NCBI GenBank assembly: GCA_000320545.1
Contig: ADNK01001276.1
Location: 1-64,000, forward strand
Length of the DNA stretch: 64,000 nt
Direction: 5' to 3'
Source of the DNA: Bigelowiella natans CCMP2755
Taxonomy: Eukaryota; Protista; Cercozoa
A program made the position numbers and the translations under genes. Shown here piece after piece: positions 37,536 through 49,779 of this stretch (position 1 is the stretch's first letter; the number at the start of each line of letters is the position of its first letter). The notes below the pieces were generated by a model. It saw only the letters and a list, made by a program, of their open reading frames with translations. It made no database searches and had not been told where the DNA came from.

Positions 37536-39287
37536 ATGGCTTCCTCGCTATCCCTCGTCAACCCTCTCCTTCTCTTGAGCTTGGCCTCGCCTGCACTTGA
37601 AGCCTATCAAGTCCATGACCGCAGAACAATCCATTCATCTTCATCGTTGAGTACTCCTCCCTTTTCGGCTCTCGAAAGTCGAGCGGAAAGCAACGATAGC
37701 GGTCGGAAACTTACTGGAAACAGCTCATCATCACCACTTTATCACCCTGAGCGTCATCACGCAAATCGCCAACGTGCGAAACTACTCAACGAGGACAGTT
37801 ATAACCTGGGCGTACGAAAGATGGCATACACTCACACAACCGCATCAGGCTTGGCGTCGAAAGAGAACCCATTTAATTGGGCTTCGACCTTCCCTCTTGA
37901 TGCCTACACCCCGAAGAGGACCCTCATCAAGGACATAGCCCTCTGCAGTTACCTCGGAAGGGGATTCTCTGGCTCTGTGAGCCTCATTGCTCCCATCTCA
38001 GGACCCCGAAAGGTGGCTGTTGATGGTTCCTGGAACTTCCTTGGGTGGGTGAAAAAGACGGTCTATGATATCACGAACCAGAGGTTTGCCCTTAAGATGC
38101 AGAGGTACAAAAGTAACCCAGCAGCCGAAGCGTCCTGGAATGAGATTGCGGAGCCATTCAGAGAGGGGATTGTGCAAGCCCATATCACCAGGGATCTTGT
38201 GGACACTGGAATCAGCCCAAACTTCGTTCGAATGCTGGATCTGTTCCGACTCAAGGCTGGGAACTCCGACGTTACAGTGTCCAATCATGAGGACTGCAAG
38301 GGTGATATTGATGTGTCATCCACCCTCTGTAAAGCTAATGAAAAATGTCACTACATCCTGATGGAGGCAGCAGCAGGGTCCTTCGAGAATAGTAACTGTA
38401 AGGGCAGCACCAAATACGTGCTTGATAACGAGGTGGAACCCTCAAAAGACAATCAGCAGGCATACGAAGAATGGCAGAAGCTACGCTCTGAAACGATAGC
38501 GAAGTGCAAGTACTTCAATCATTATGGAGACACTGATGTTCCGCCAAAATACTTCGTAGAGATTATGTTTCAGTACATGTTCGCGTGGCTTTCGGGGATG
38601 AAAACACTCAATTGGAAGCACATGGACGCTGACCGAAAGAATACATTCAGAAAGCTCAACTGGCATGCTGCAGGTAAGGCACGGCAGAAAACACATTGGT
38701 GCTACTGGGTAAAACAACAATCGTATTGCTTCCCATTCGCCGCAGATGAAAACGACGGCATCCCGTTGGTTCTCCTTGCGGACTACGGGAAAACAAATGT
38801 AAATCCGGCAAAGGACGACATAGCATCTACGCAGCGCTCAGCTAGCTATCTGGAGATCTATTTGGTTAAGTTTTTTGTTGGTGGCACCGGTGGGAAAGCT
38901 AATATGAAAAAGATGTTCGATCCACTTGATGGCTCTGTCAACGCTGTTTCCAACGCTGTGAACACCTTTCTCGATGATCTCACCAAGTTTAAGACGAATT
39001 CGCTGCAGGAGACTTCAATGGACAGTATCCTAGCGAATGGTTTCAACCTTATAGACCGACATTTTGGCCCTGGCAAAGTTTCGGATCCTGAAAACGGAAG
39101 CCCAATATTTAGAACATTTGGTCATCCAAAGGTCCCGACCTCTATTGTTCGTGCACCAGCTGACAGAAGCAAAGCTTTCCATTTTGGATATCCAAGTAAC
39201 GCTGCAGGGGTCAGTCTCACATTACCCCACGAATACAACTCTTACATGAAGGCCGGAGCAGAGGCCGCACTGCTAAAAGAAATGTGA
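37536..39287 (+). CDS. Intronless protein-kinase-fold protein with N-terminal signal peptide
   Basis: 583-aa ORF; MASSLSLVNPLLLLSLASPALEA; G-loop LGRGFSGSV, ALK, alphaC REG, SPNFVRMLD, YILME, HMDADRKN, LADYG. Confidence 0.85.
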   Translation: MASSLSLVNPLLLLSLASPALEAYQVHDRRTIHSSSSLSTPPFSALESRAESNDSGRKLTGNSSSSPLYHPERHHANRQRAKLLNEDSYNLGVRKMAYTHTTASGLASKENPFNWASTFPLDAYTPKRTLIKDIALCSYLGRGFSGSVSLIAPISGPRKVAVDGSWNFLGWVKKTVYDITNQRFALKMQRYKSNPAAEASWNEIAEPFREGIVQAHITRDLVDTGISPNFVRMLDLFRLKAGNSDVTVSNHEDCKGDIDVSSTLCKANEKCHYILMEAAAGSFENSNCKGSTKYVLDNEVEPSKDNQQAYEEWQKLRSETIAKCKYFNHYGDTDVPPKYFVEIMFQYMFAWLSGMKTLNWKHMDADRKNTFRKLNWHAAGKARQKTHWCYWVKQQSYCFPFAADENDGIPLVLLADYGKTNVNPAKDDIASTQRSASYLEIYLVKFFVGGTGGKANMKKMFDPLDGSVNAVSNAVNTFLDDLTKFKTNSLQETSMDSILANGFNLIDRHFGPGKVSDPENGSPIFRTFGHPKVPTSIVRAPADRSKAFHFGYPSNAAGVSLTLPHEYNSYMKAGAEAALLKEM

Positions 39288-40205
39288 TTAAATGACAACA
39301 CGTGACCTACGTAGCACACATGCAAAAGCATGTACTCAAATTTGGATGCTTACACACATAAGGATGACTATTGAACAAATTTAATTGATTAATTACACCC
39401 GTCTTACACATCACGATTCTATCTTCAAAATATCATTGATCATGATGCAAAAGTGATACGCGCCGGGCACTAAATTTCTGAAATCTACTCATCATATGAC
39501 TGCTTGCAATGGCTCCGCGTGGCTGTCTGGGACACAGAATCGAATAGATTGCACGTATTATAAGGCAGCAATCATTTGCGTATGGCAGCATTTGGATGCG
39601 ATTTGATGCGATGTGTACTCCGCATGCGATGCGTGTGAGGACAGGTTTGGTATAGAGTTGACGCAGCCATGATTGCGAACGACATATAACGCCATAAGCC
39701 AGATAGGAGCAGAGCCTATTCACACTAACATGGCACGAAATTTCGGTGGTAGTCGCCTGCCTGTCGCGCGCAGTGTATGTGAAGTGAGACTGCGACGCTG
39801 TCCGCCATATAAGCTTTAGATCGATGTGGTCGAGATTTCGATTTTAGGTGGCTCATCCATCACAGCCCTGGCCAAATATTCTACAGATGTGATCATCCTT
39901 CGGATGCGCGGCCAGAGCCACAACAGCGATTGCCCTCGTGCGTGAATTGATAAATTTATATTGGCATGCAATATATATGAGATATTTATAGAAGACGTTG
40001 ATTTGGAAAAATACATCACATGAAGGTACGCAGCATAGAACATGGCCTCATCAACTGAACCCATTTATAAAATGACCAACTATCCTAACGTTATCAAGCA
40101 TGGGTATATTTGTGTGATGAATGCACGGAGATTCCAATAAATCCATTTCTTCTTCAAGATATCGGCAGGAGTATAACACACAAATATTCAGGCCTGACAC
40201 TATCG

Positions 40206-41992
40206 TCAATACTCTGTTGTCCTCGAAAGTTCGCGTGAGGCTTTTCCAATTTTTTTTTCCAACTTATTTGAAGTTTTCTCAATCCAATGCAGGGTGTCCA
40301 TATGCTGATTCAAGGTCCGGACAATCTGCAAGATCTCCATTGAAAAGTGTACAATAACGTTGGATTAGACTGAACTCTTACCAAATAGAGTGGGCTGTTC
40401 TTATCCATACGAGATTCCGTTTGCTCATTCAATTGCTTTTGCGTCACGATTAATTTCTCTGTCAACTCCCTCAAATTCTGTATCGCAACACATTAAGAGC
40501 ATTATTTGTTGAAGATATAGAGACGAGTGTAGGAGGCATGACATTATCAATTTCTTCCGCAAGTTTATGAGTTTGTTGACGCTTGCGATCGTCCGGGCTC
40601 GTCCGCGTCCTTTTCTCTGTATCATCTGTTGAAAGACTGCGTCTTACATAACACGTTGACAAAAGAATTGACGTACGATAGAGATTACTGATATATTTTT
40701 CCAGCCCTTTCAGCTGCTCGTCTAATTCTGTTTGATTTGTTTCTATCTGATCCAGCGTCGTATTCAATTCCTCCTGGATATAGAAATTTGGACGACGTTT
40801 ACAGCAGTTTTCTCGTTCAACGCTCAATTGGAATATCACCTGCTTCTTGAAGACCTTTTCAATGTTCTTTTCGACTTCCTTGATCCTCTTCCCACTGTCC
40901 AGCAGCTCCTTCTCGACCTTCATCACCTAGGAGCAAAGTGTGATACGACTGCTATTAACCATGCTCTCCATGATGTGTATGGGAAAAACAGCAGAGATTG
41001 TAAAAAGCCTACTCGAGAATCACCTTCACATCAGTGTTCATGATGCCATTTGATGATGTTGTTGTTGGTGTTTCAGACCTGGGTTGCTTGGCTTGTAAAC
41101 GCTTCCGCGTTCTGGGCCTGAGCAAGAAGAAGAACAAGAATCCAATCAAGGCCAATTTTTTGCTTGAAACCAACCGACGAATGAGGATAACAATATAAAC
41201 GTTTCAGGTGTACTAATCCTACTGTATGTTCGCACCAAATCATTTCTCCACATTTCGATAATTTTGCCGACTGTGTGGGGCTTCAAGCGACCAGGACCAG
41301 ATCCACCTCCTCCTCCTCCTGGATTCGATCCACCTCCTCCATCGCCTCCATCATTTTTTTTGTCAGCAAAATCTCCGCCCAAGTCAGCAAAACCCCCATC
41401 TGCTTTTTTGCCGTCGGTATCCCCGAAGCCAAATCTCCCCGCGTCTACCCCATCTGCTTTTTTGCCGTCGGTATCCCCGAAGCCAAACCCCCCCGCATCT
41501 CCCCCATCTGCCTTTTTACCGCCGGTATCCCCGAAGCCAAACCCCCCTGCGTCTCCCCCATCTGCTTTTTTGCCGTCGGTATCCCCGAAGCCAAATCCCC
41601 CCGCGTCTCCCCCATCTGCTTTTTTGCCACCGGTATCCCCGAAGCCAAACGCCCCCGCGTCTCCTCCATCTGCTTTTTTACCGTCGGTGTCCCCGAAGCC
41701 AAATCCCCCCGCGTCTCCCCCATCTGCTTTTTTGCCACCGGTATCCCCGAAGCCAAACCCCCCCGCGTCTCCCCCATCTGCTTTTTTGCCGTCGGTATCT
41801 CCCAAGCCAAATCCCCCATCGAAACCTTTACCAAAATCGTCGAAACCTCCTCCTCCTCCTCCTGCGTCAAAACTGAATCCTGATTGCGCAACAATTCATT
41901 CCCGAGTTATCGGCAGGTATGAGTAGAGTGGTTCAAGAAAACCACGTAGTGAAACAACAACTAACCCTCCCTCCATCTCCTTCCCGCCTCCC

Positions 41993-42025
<33 letters not shown>

Positions 42026-42042
42026 AGACGACCTTCCGGCAT
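40206..42042 (-). CDS. NUP62: FG-nucleoporin Nup62/Nsp1
   Basis: N-terminal GFGFG repeats, then the Nsp1_C coiled coil (TVGKIIEMWRNDL..F..QATQV..LNTTLDQIETNQTELDEQL..RQQTHKLAEEID..IVRTLNQHMDTLHWIE); stop at 40206-40208. Confidence 0.92.
41390..41820 (-). repeat. Coding minisatellite, 54-bp unit x about 8 (GGFGFGDT[D/G]GKKADGGDA)
   Basis: CCATCTGCTTTTTTGCCGTCGGTATCCCCGAAGCCAAA recurs every 54 bp. Confidence 0.95.
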
Positions 42043-42406
42043 CTCCTCGTTTCCCTGTGCTTGGCCGGTGGTGGGTGATGATGATCCCAACTACTACTCA
42101 GCAGCAGCAGCCTCAATTCAAACGAGTCGAATGCGATTTCAAGGGTAAAATTAAGGGTAAAATTGATAGGCGACATGAATATAAGAGCCGAAAACCGACA
42201 AATACCCCAAGAGGCGGGTCGCGTATTCCTTTTCGCGGGGAAATCTTGATCTGATTGTTGTTTCCACTTTGATGCTCTCCTCCGTCCCCTGAGACCGACC
42301 AGCAGCAGCCTCTGGGAAGAATAGAAGGAAGAGGGGTCGACGGAAAAACCCTCTTCTTACCTAGGTCGCAGAGCAAAACTCAGCCGATCCCGTATCTCCC
42401 GCAAAA
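42043..42406. promoter_or_regulatory. Short putative bidirectional promoter between Nup62 and Nar1
   Basis: 364 bp between two divergent ATGs. Similar head-to-head gaps at about 8107-8878, 15758-16232, 25959-26482, 37018-37535 and 54020-54866. Inferred from position only. Confidence 0.55.
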
Positions 42407-44145
42407 ATGACTTCCGGCTTTTCGGGGGCTGTCAAGCTCGCAGACATAAACGACTTCCTCACCCCCAGCCAGGTGCGACGCTCTTTCCCTGACACTGACA
42501 GCTGATCAATAGATGTATGCTGTTCGGTTTAGCAATGCATAAAGCCGCAACTGGACGCGAAGAAAAGAAAGGATAAGAAGAAAAATGGAGGAGGCACGGA
42601 GAAGAAGCCGAGTGAGGTAGGCATTGGGCGACGTGGAAGTAAGGTACTCCGTTGTAATACTTGCCTTCGTGTTATGGGTTTCTTACTGGAAAGATTGACT
42701 TCAATTGAGAAGAAGAAGAATACAACAGTGTTTTTGTGGTGTTTACTATCAGCGCACCCGCGGAAGACGAGGGGTTAAACTTGAAATGGAGATGGATCTT
42801 GACGACGACAACACGGTTTCCTTACTTTCCGTACTATCCTCCTCAATAATTCCCTCTTCCTAGACTCAAGTCGTTGCAACATTCTTTTGTCGAGATTCGT
42901 TGACGATTGCATGCATGTAGGACACGATGATGAGTGGTGGTGGAATGCACTTCGACCAAATCAAAACTTCCTCCGATGGAAAGACGGCGAAAATCACTCT
43001 AAACGACTGCTTGGCATGCAGGTAGATAGCTCACTGTCCAGATGTCTCCCATATTGCTCCTGGTTCCTCACAGCCCCTCAAAATGTTCATGACTTGATGT
43101 GTTTGCTCTCACTACTTCTGGCAGCGGGTGTGTCACATCGGCAGAGACAGTGCTAATCTCCGCGCAATCGTTGGGAAAATTTGAGAAGTTGTTGGCCAAC
43201 AAGGATAAGTCCATCGTGCTATCGATATCTCCCATGTCTCTAGCGGGTGACCGATAACTTTTCATACCCTTATGTCCTTGAGTTTAGCCAGTCATTACTA
43301 AATACATCCTAATTTCAGGGTTGGCTGTCGCATCGAGCTTGTCTCTGCTGGAGACGTCAAAGCGACTCGCATTTCTATTTCACCAGGTCGACGTACATGC
43401 ATGCATTTCTTCTATGTATCTCGCAAAACCTCTTTCTCCTTGCTCCTTTTGCAAATGTGAATAAACCTTGGAATGCGAATGGTACTCGGCATCCAACCAG
43501 GTGGGAGTCTCCAAGTTTGTGGATCAATCCGTAGCTCAGGCGATAGCTCTACTCACGGTAATGAATGAGTGGTGGTGGTGATGACAACCAGTAACAGAAT
43601 AAGGGTGCCATCCAACGAGAAACCAATCATTGTGTGTGTAGAACCTGCTTGTAGCCGTTCATAACCCTCACCTTGCTCTGCTCGGCAGATGTTGTTTGAT
43701 ATTTTTCTTATGCTAATCATATTCAAGAGTTGCGAAGAGTTTGTGGAGAGATATCGCCTCCACCAGCAGTCTGCATCCTCCTCCTCCTCCTCCTCCTCTT
43801 CTCTACCGGTGCTGTGTTCCGAATGTCCTGGGTGGGTGTGCTATGCGGAGAAGACTCAGGGACCGAACGTCATCAAATACCTCAGCAAAGCGCGTTCTCC
43901 GCAACAGGTTGTAGTTGTAGTAGTAGTAGTAATAGTAGTAGTAGTAGTAGTTGTTTTTGTTAGTAGTAGTTGTTGTTTGTTGTTGTGAGAAGGGGAAGGA
44001 CGTGGTGGATCAAGAAATGCTTTTGGAGTTGAGTGATAATATGCATATTGCTTCTAGATAATGGGCGTGCTCGTGAAGGAGCTCTTGGCGAAGGTCAAGA
44101 CTCATATGTCCTCCTCCTCCTTCTGCTGCTGCTCCTTCGTCGTCG

Positions 44146-44184
<39 letters not shown>

Positions 44185-45108
44185 TCTCTTTCTCACTTGC
44201 TTACTTCTCCTCTTGCAGCCCTCCTTATCACACTATCACGCTTGCCATAATGCTGCTGCTGTTGCTGCTGACAACCCCCAGGAGATGCAAAAGCCAGCGA
44301 AAGACATCATTCATTGCGCGGTACTACCTTGCTCATTTCGTGTCGCCACACACACACCTCACCAGCTCGCTTCACACGTCATTATTTTACGATCGATCTC
44401 CTCAATTGTTCAGGTAATGCCCTGCTACGACAAGAAACTAGAGGCTTCTCGGGAGGAATTCACTGATACGGTAATTAGTGGCTGTCGCGACCTCATTTGA
44501 TTGATGGACTACTCTCAAGAGAGAAACAGAGAGAAAGAGAGACGTCTCAAAAACGAGCCTCGCTGCTGCCACTCACACCATGTTGGGTAATGATGCACAG
44601 GATTCGGAGAGAAAGGACGTTGAAATTGTGCTGACAACGGCAGAGATGATGGTACGGAAACAACAAGCGGTGTCTATGCAACATCATCGTCTTCGCTACT
44701 TGCTTCTCTCACTGCCATGGCGACTCGAAATTTGTATGATCACCGCCGCGCTGCATTTAGAGTGGTGATGATGCCCCTGTAAGTGTATGGATGGAAAATG
44801 AAAGGTGAAACGCATTGGTGTTGTGTTGCCCGCTTGGTTGTTTGTTTGTTTGTTCGTTGTCCCGAAGGAATTCATCACTAAGAGGGTCGGAAGCAAAGGA
44901 CTGCGCGATGTAATAAGTGTATGAGGGAAAGGGAGAGGAGGAGGAGGAGGAGAGATTGGGGGTAGGACAATAGACACACCGGAATGTAGCTTCTCAGAAA
45001 TGTAACGAATAAATATACTTTTCCTCTGCCCTTTACTGTATGCATCTCCTTTTGATCTCTTGTATGAGGAGAAACCTCCGTAAGATTCGATCAGTTGCGA
45101 ACTGATCG

Positions 45109-45147
<39 letters not shown>

Positions 45148-45300
45148 GTGTGTGCAAATAAAGAAGCAAAATCCTAAGTAGTATTATCGATAGTAGCACT
45201 CATCATCAATACGAAAGAGAGACAGCTCTGCAACTCCGTCGAATAAATCGTGTTTGATATTCATTAAATCATTGTCTGCTTGCTTCATCCATTTATCTAT

Positions 45301-45340
<40 letters not shown>

Positions 45341-47088
45341 TCTCTCCCTGTCCCCCCCCCCTCTCTCCTCCTCTCACAGGTGAAAGGAGTGGGCAAGCTC
45401 GATCCTGTATATTTCAACGTCTCATCAGACCAATCGACTCTTTATAGACCCCCTGCCTTGGGCGCTTCAGGAGGGTAAAATGCACGCATGTGTGTAGTCG
45501 CTGAGTCTCAATATCCTGCGGATCCGCTGGTGAAATGAGGCTGCTTTGTGCTTGTTCGTGGAACCAGTAACGATGGTCTACGTGCATGATAATTGCTTCT
45601 TCGTGGAACCAGTAGTAGCGATGATGACTTACGTGCATGATAATCACCTCTTGATGCTTTCTCGTGCCGGCAGGTACCTCGAAAACGTCTTTAGATATGC
45701 TGCGCGGTCTCTCTTCGACCACGACCCCGAAGGTAGGGTTCTACTTACTGACGAGAGGGGGGGGGGGGGGGGGGGGTTAGGGCTCGAATCTAGTGCTAGC
45801 TACTCAACTTTACAATTACATACATGCATTGTGACAATTATGATGATCATGATGATGATGATGAGGAGGAGGATGCAAGTAACAATCCGATGATCTCCTC
45901 TCCTCCCCTCTTTTCTCGTTCTCCCCCTCCCCCAGGCGACATCAAGCTCACACCGGGCCGCAACCCGGATATTCAGGAGGCCACGTTGACCATTGGGGGG
46001 GAAGAGAAGCTCCGGTTTGCTCTGGCGTATGGGTAGGACTGTGAGTTCACAAATTATCGAAGTTACATCGAAACAAGATAGAGAGAACAAATTACAATTT
46101 AAAAAAAAAAACTGAACGGATAATGAGGGAAACGTTTCCGGTCGAGTTTGAGAAAAGTGCGGTGAATATGCATACCTACTTGTTTCCGATTATCACCGTA
46201 GTCGTCATTCCCCTTCCTTCCTTCTCCTCGACTCGCACTTATGAATACTACAAACAGGTTCCGCAACATCCAGAACACGATGAGGAAGCTCAAGCGCAAT
46301 CGAAATCCCTATCACTACGTTGAACTGATGGCGTGCCCTGCCGGTAGCAAATAGCATGCAAATATCTACGATGATGGTGATGATGATCATTATTATTATC
46401 ATTGTTATAAGAGGAGGGGAGGGGGGGGAGGGACGCGTGAGGCAGACGATGCCTTGTGGAACATATAGTTATCAATTGTGCTACGATCAAGACTTAAAAA
46501 TACACTTCTTCCAGGATGCGCGAATGGGGGGGGGCAGCTTAAAAGCGAGGCAAAGAAGCCACGGGAACTTGCCGCAGAGCTCCAGCAGAAGTACTACAAA
46601 GAACTTCGCATCCGTCAGCCTGAGGTTAGCAGCAAATAGGGGCTGCAGCATTGAATAGCTAGAAAGATGATTGGGAAATAGCAAGGCCGGCGATGACGAC
46701 GACGATGATGATGATGATGCGAATGAAAGTGGCGATGTGAGGTATCACCTCTTCCCGTGGACGGAAAATGGGCTCTCATAGCTTGCGTTCGTTTCTTTTT
46801 CTATCATGTTCTTTCTGCACTCATCGTGGCAATGATTAGGATACACCTATGGTCAAAGCATTCCGTACACTGGCGAGCAGGTTTAGCTCGGCTCTTTCTT
46901 TCACATTTCCACTCCTCCCTTCTCACGAGATGACATATTTGCAAATATATGCTGAGACTGTACTGGGATGGCGTTGGTCGTTGTCATCTAGGTTTGAGAA
47001 AGGAGACGACTTGGTTTCCACATCTTTTCGTGATGTGTCCAAGAAGGAAGAGGATTCGGAAATAGCGGGGCTTACAGAAACATGGTGA
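42407..47088 (+). CDS. NARFL: Cytosolic Fe-S assembly factor Nar1/NARFL (CIAO3), many exons
   Basis: [18 protein letters not shown]|QCIKP; [21 protein letters not shown]; [11 protein letters not shown]; [13 protein letters not shown]; GASGGYLE; AYGFRNIQN; [19 protein letters not shown]; C-terminal Trp. Confidence 0.96.
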
Positions 47089-48041
47089 TGATCATGGTGT
47101 TTAGAGATCATGATGTTTATGGGCCTTCAGTGTTAGAGAATTATAACTAGACATAATTGTTATTGCGTGTAATCATTTCATACATGTGCATGTATATATC
47201 CGCATGTACGCCCACAGCGATGACGACTCGCACAGAAAGGCTTATACGCTGTAAACCTAAACTTGTGAAAATTTTTGTTCGCTTGCGCGCTAGCATTGAT
47301 CTCACAATCATGGTGACAACCTAGCAACATTTCATTGCGCACACATAGTCGTGCAATCGATACTTTAATCATAAATCATAGTTACATCCAATACTTACTG
47401 CTAGACTGGCTAGATTACATTTTAGAACTTTGTACTCACGTATGTGGTTAGCTACCTCGCGCGTAATATGTATGCTGTTGCATGTAAAAGCTTACTTTTT
47501 GACACTTGAATGAGTTTGTGAAGTTGGAAACAAAACGTGTAGTCACTGTGAAATGGCAGGCTCGTTTAGTCATGGCTGGCGGCAGCAAGGTGTGTTTCTG
47601 CATGCTAGCATGCGTACACACGCACAGCTAGACAGTACATAGAGAATGCATGCATGCTATATGTTGGCGGCGACTCGCTTTATTGGATTCGAATTCCATC
47701 ACTATAGGCAACGGTATGGCATGGCCGGCAGCTGTTACTTTAAATCTCATTGCATACAATGAGCTAACAAAATGATGCACTGGGGAGTAGAGGCCTAGAC
47801 GAGCATGGTATGTTACTCCGTAGCTATCAAGATGTATCCTGAGTGTCTAGAGTCTTTCCAGCTTGGAATATTTACATTTCAAATTTCATAGACATCTTCA
47901 ATACATGACGTTCGTGGCTACACTGATTGATCATTGACAACGTACTCAAACAATTCATTAATGATCCGTTGACAGATTGAAGTTGAGCACACCAAAGAAA
48001 TACATCTGCAGTACTGCTACAATTGCTGACGAGGCTAATAA

Positions 48042-48686
48042 TTAGTAAACACTATATGATCGGTATCCTCCTTGCTGGTGTCCGCGAGATGCAGGCGAAG
48101 CCATCTTGAACGGTAGAACATCGATGACAGGAGGAGAGCCAGCATTCTGCATGCTTGTGCGGCTTGACCGGATTTCACTTCTCATCATCAAAGATATCCT
48201 TCGTGGGGTCGTCGATCCCCTCTTACTCCAGGCTTGTAGTTCGCTGGTGGATTGAACACGCGGGGTTATTCCATCACGGGATATGTTCAGAGTTACGATC
48301 CCAAGATCGTCGGAGGTGTTGCCATAAAATAATGGATTGCAGGAAAAAGTTCTTCCTTTTGGAGCATCTGTAACTGTGCCGTTAACTGAATCCTTAAAGC
48401 TTTGGTCCGAGGGCCTGTTTCCTGTAATACTCTGCTGACTGGATTTGGATTTGTAGTTGCGTTTCAACTTTAGGGAAGAAGTTTTCTGGTTTTTCAAATC
48501 AGAGGCGTGGCTTTCTGGCAAAGTCGGAGTATGCGCATGGATGTTATCATCTCTGACTGTGGATCGGAAACAGCAACAGCAAATCGTCCTATGTATGGAA
48601 TATCTGCAGCGATAGCAAGCGCACGCCAAAACAACAGCTCCGACAAAGGCAGGAACGACGATTATCAGAAGTGTGACATCCAACAT
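48042..48686 (-). CDS. Orphan single-pass membrane protein with juxtamembrane Cys cluster and disordered S/T/K-rich tail
   Basis: 214-aa ATG ORF: MLDVTLLIIVVPAFVGAVVLACACYRCR..ICCCCF, followed by a low-complexity tail. No recognisable domain. Confidence 0.65.
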   Translation of the reverse strand: MLDVTLLIIVVPAFVGAVVLACACYRCRYSIHRTICCCCFRSTVRDDNIHAHTPTLPESHASDLKNQKTSSLKLKRNYKSKSSQQSITGNRPSDQSFKDSVNGTVTDAPKGRTFSCNPLFYGNTSDDLGIVTLNISRDGITPRVQSTSELQAWSKRGSTTPRRISLMMRSEIRSSRTSMQNAGSPPVIDVLPFKMASPASRGHQQGGYRSYSVY

Positions 48687-48912
48687 TCAGGATAACACTG
48701 CGGTCTAACGCTGCAGTCTGAGGAGAGAGGTGATAGCGGTGATTTTGGAGGATGGGGAGGAAAACTACTAGGATGGAGCAGGAGGCGGCGGAAAGACCGT
48801 GGCTCGGCTCTTTGTGCCGAGCGCAGCGCGATTTGGGCATCCCAGAGACCAGGAAAAACTACGATAAATCCTTTGTCGCAAAGGGAAAATACGCTGTCAT
48901 CGACGGCAATTA

Positions 48913-49650
48913 GCGAGATTGCGAGCGGCAAAGATTTGAGAGCTGATCTTGCGACAAGAAAACATGGTTGTCTCAGGGGATGTTGATCGTCAATTCTCAT
49001 GGTGACCTGGGCAAAGATTGCCTCGAAACCCCTCTTTCTTCTCGATCTGGTTCCGACTCGTTGGTGGCAGTGTCATGCAGTGAGGGAAAACTGTCGTGCG
49101 TTCGGATGTGCGTGCACTCGTCTAAACGTTGCAGCACAATCTCTCGATCAGCCACCATCGAAAACTCCGCGCTGATGCCATGCTGCGCGCAACAAGTGAG
49201 ACAGACACGGCGGCGTGTCTGCTCGAACTCAGACATCGCCCAGCTGCCAGCAGCTTGTCCATCTTGATGGGTCGATGGTCATGCACAGTCACCACACACG
49301 GTGCGCACACGGATGTGTGTCTTTGCATTGGACACAGTTTGAAACATGCATCAATGCTGTCGTCGATCGATCGCGGAGCTGTCAGATCGACCAGCTGGCA
49401 TGTAAAATGTGAAACGTGTGTGCAGGCCGCGCACGTGAGGCGAACGCTGCAGATCAGGCGATGCATCCGTCTGATGGATCACGCACGCCTAGACGCGGAT
49501 CAAGAAATGTTCGAATAATGCATTAATGAGTTGCTCTAGCTACTAGCTAGTGCTGTTCCTTCCGTCCATCGCAGCATTTGCACCTGCATCCATCGTGTCG
49601 ACCATCTTGCGCATGGCATGCTAGCATGACTGAACCAAGCATGTCTAGAT
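48913..49650. other. TpA-depleted intergenic island 2 with CTAG cluster
   Basis: Manual count: 48913-49515 has only 3 TA (two TAAA, one CTAG); 49530-49650 has five more CTAG. Confidence 0.8.
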
Positions 49651-49779
49651 GTGTTAGACGCATACACGCCATTTATGTTGTTTTCAATGTAAATTTAGCC
49701 AAAACAGTGATACTTCATTGTTAGCGATATTCAATATATCAGCAGCCACATCAATCAATACATTTTTCTCCTTCAGATC

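Noticed and set aside
41390-41820. CRISPR-like regular repeat
   Set aside because: No unique spacers; it is an in-frame coding tandem repeat in a eukaryotic gene.
41264-41926. Proline-rich extensin-like ORF and other overlapping ORFs
   Set aside because: Antisense or alternative-frame shadows of the Nup62 FG minisatellite.
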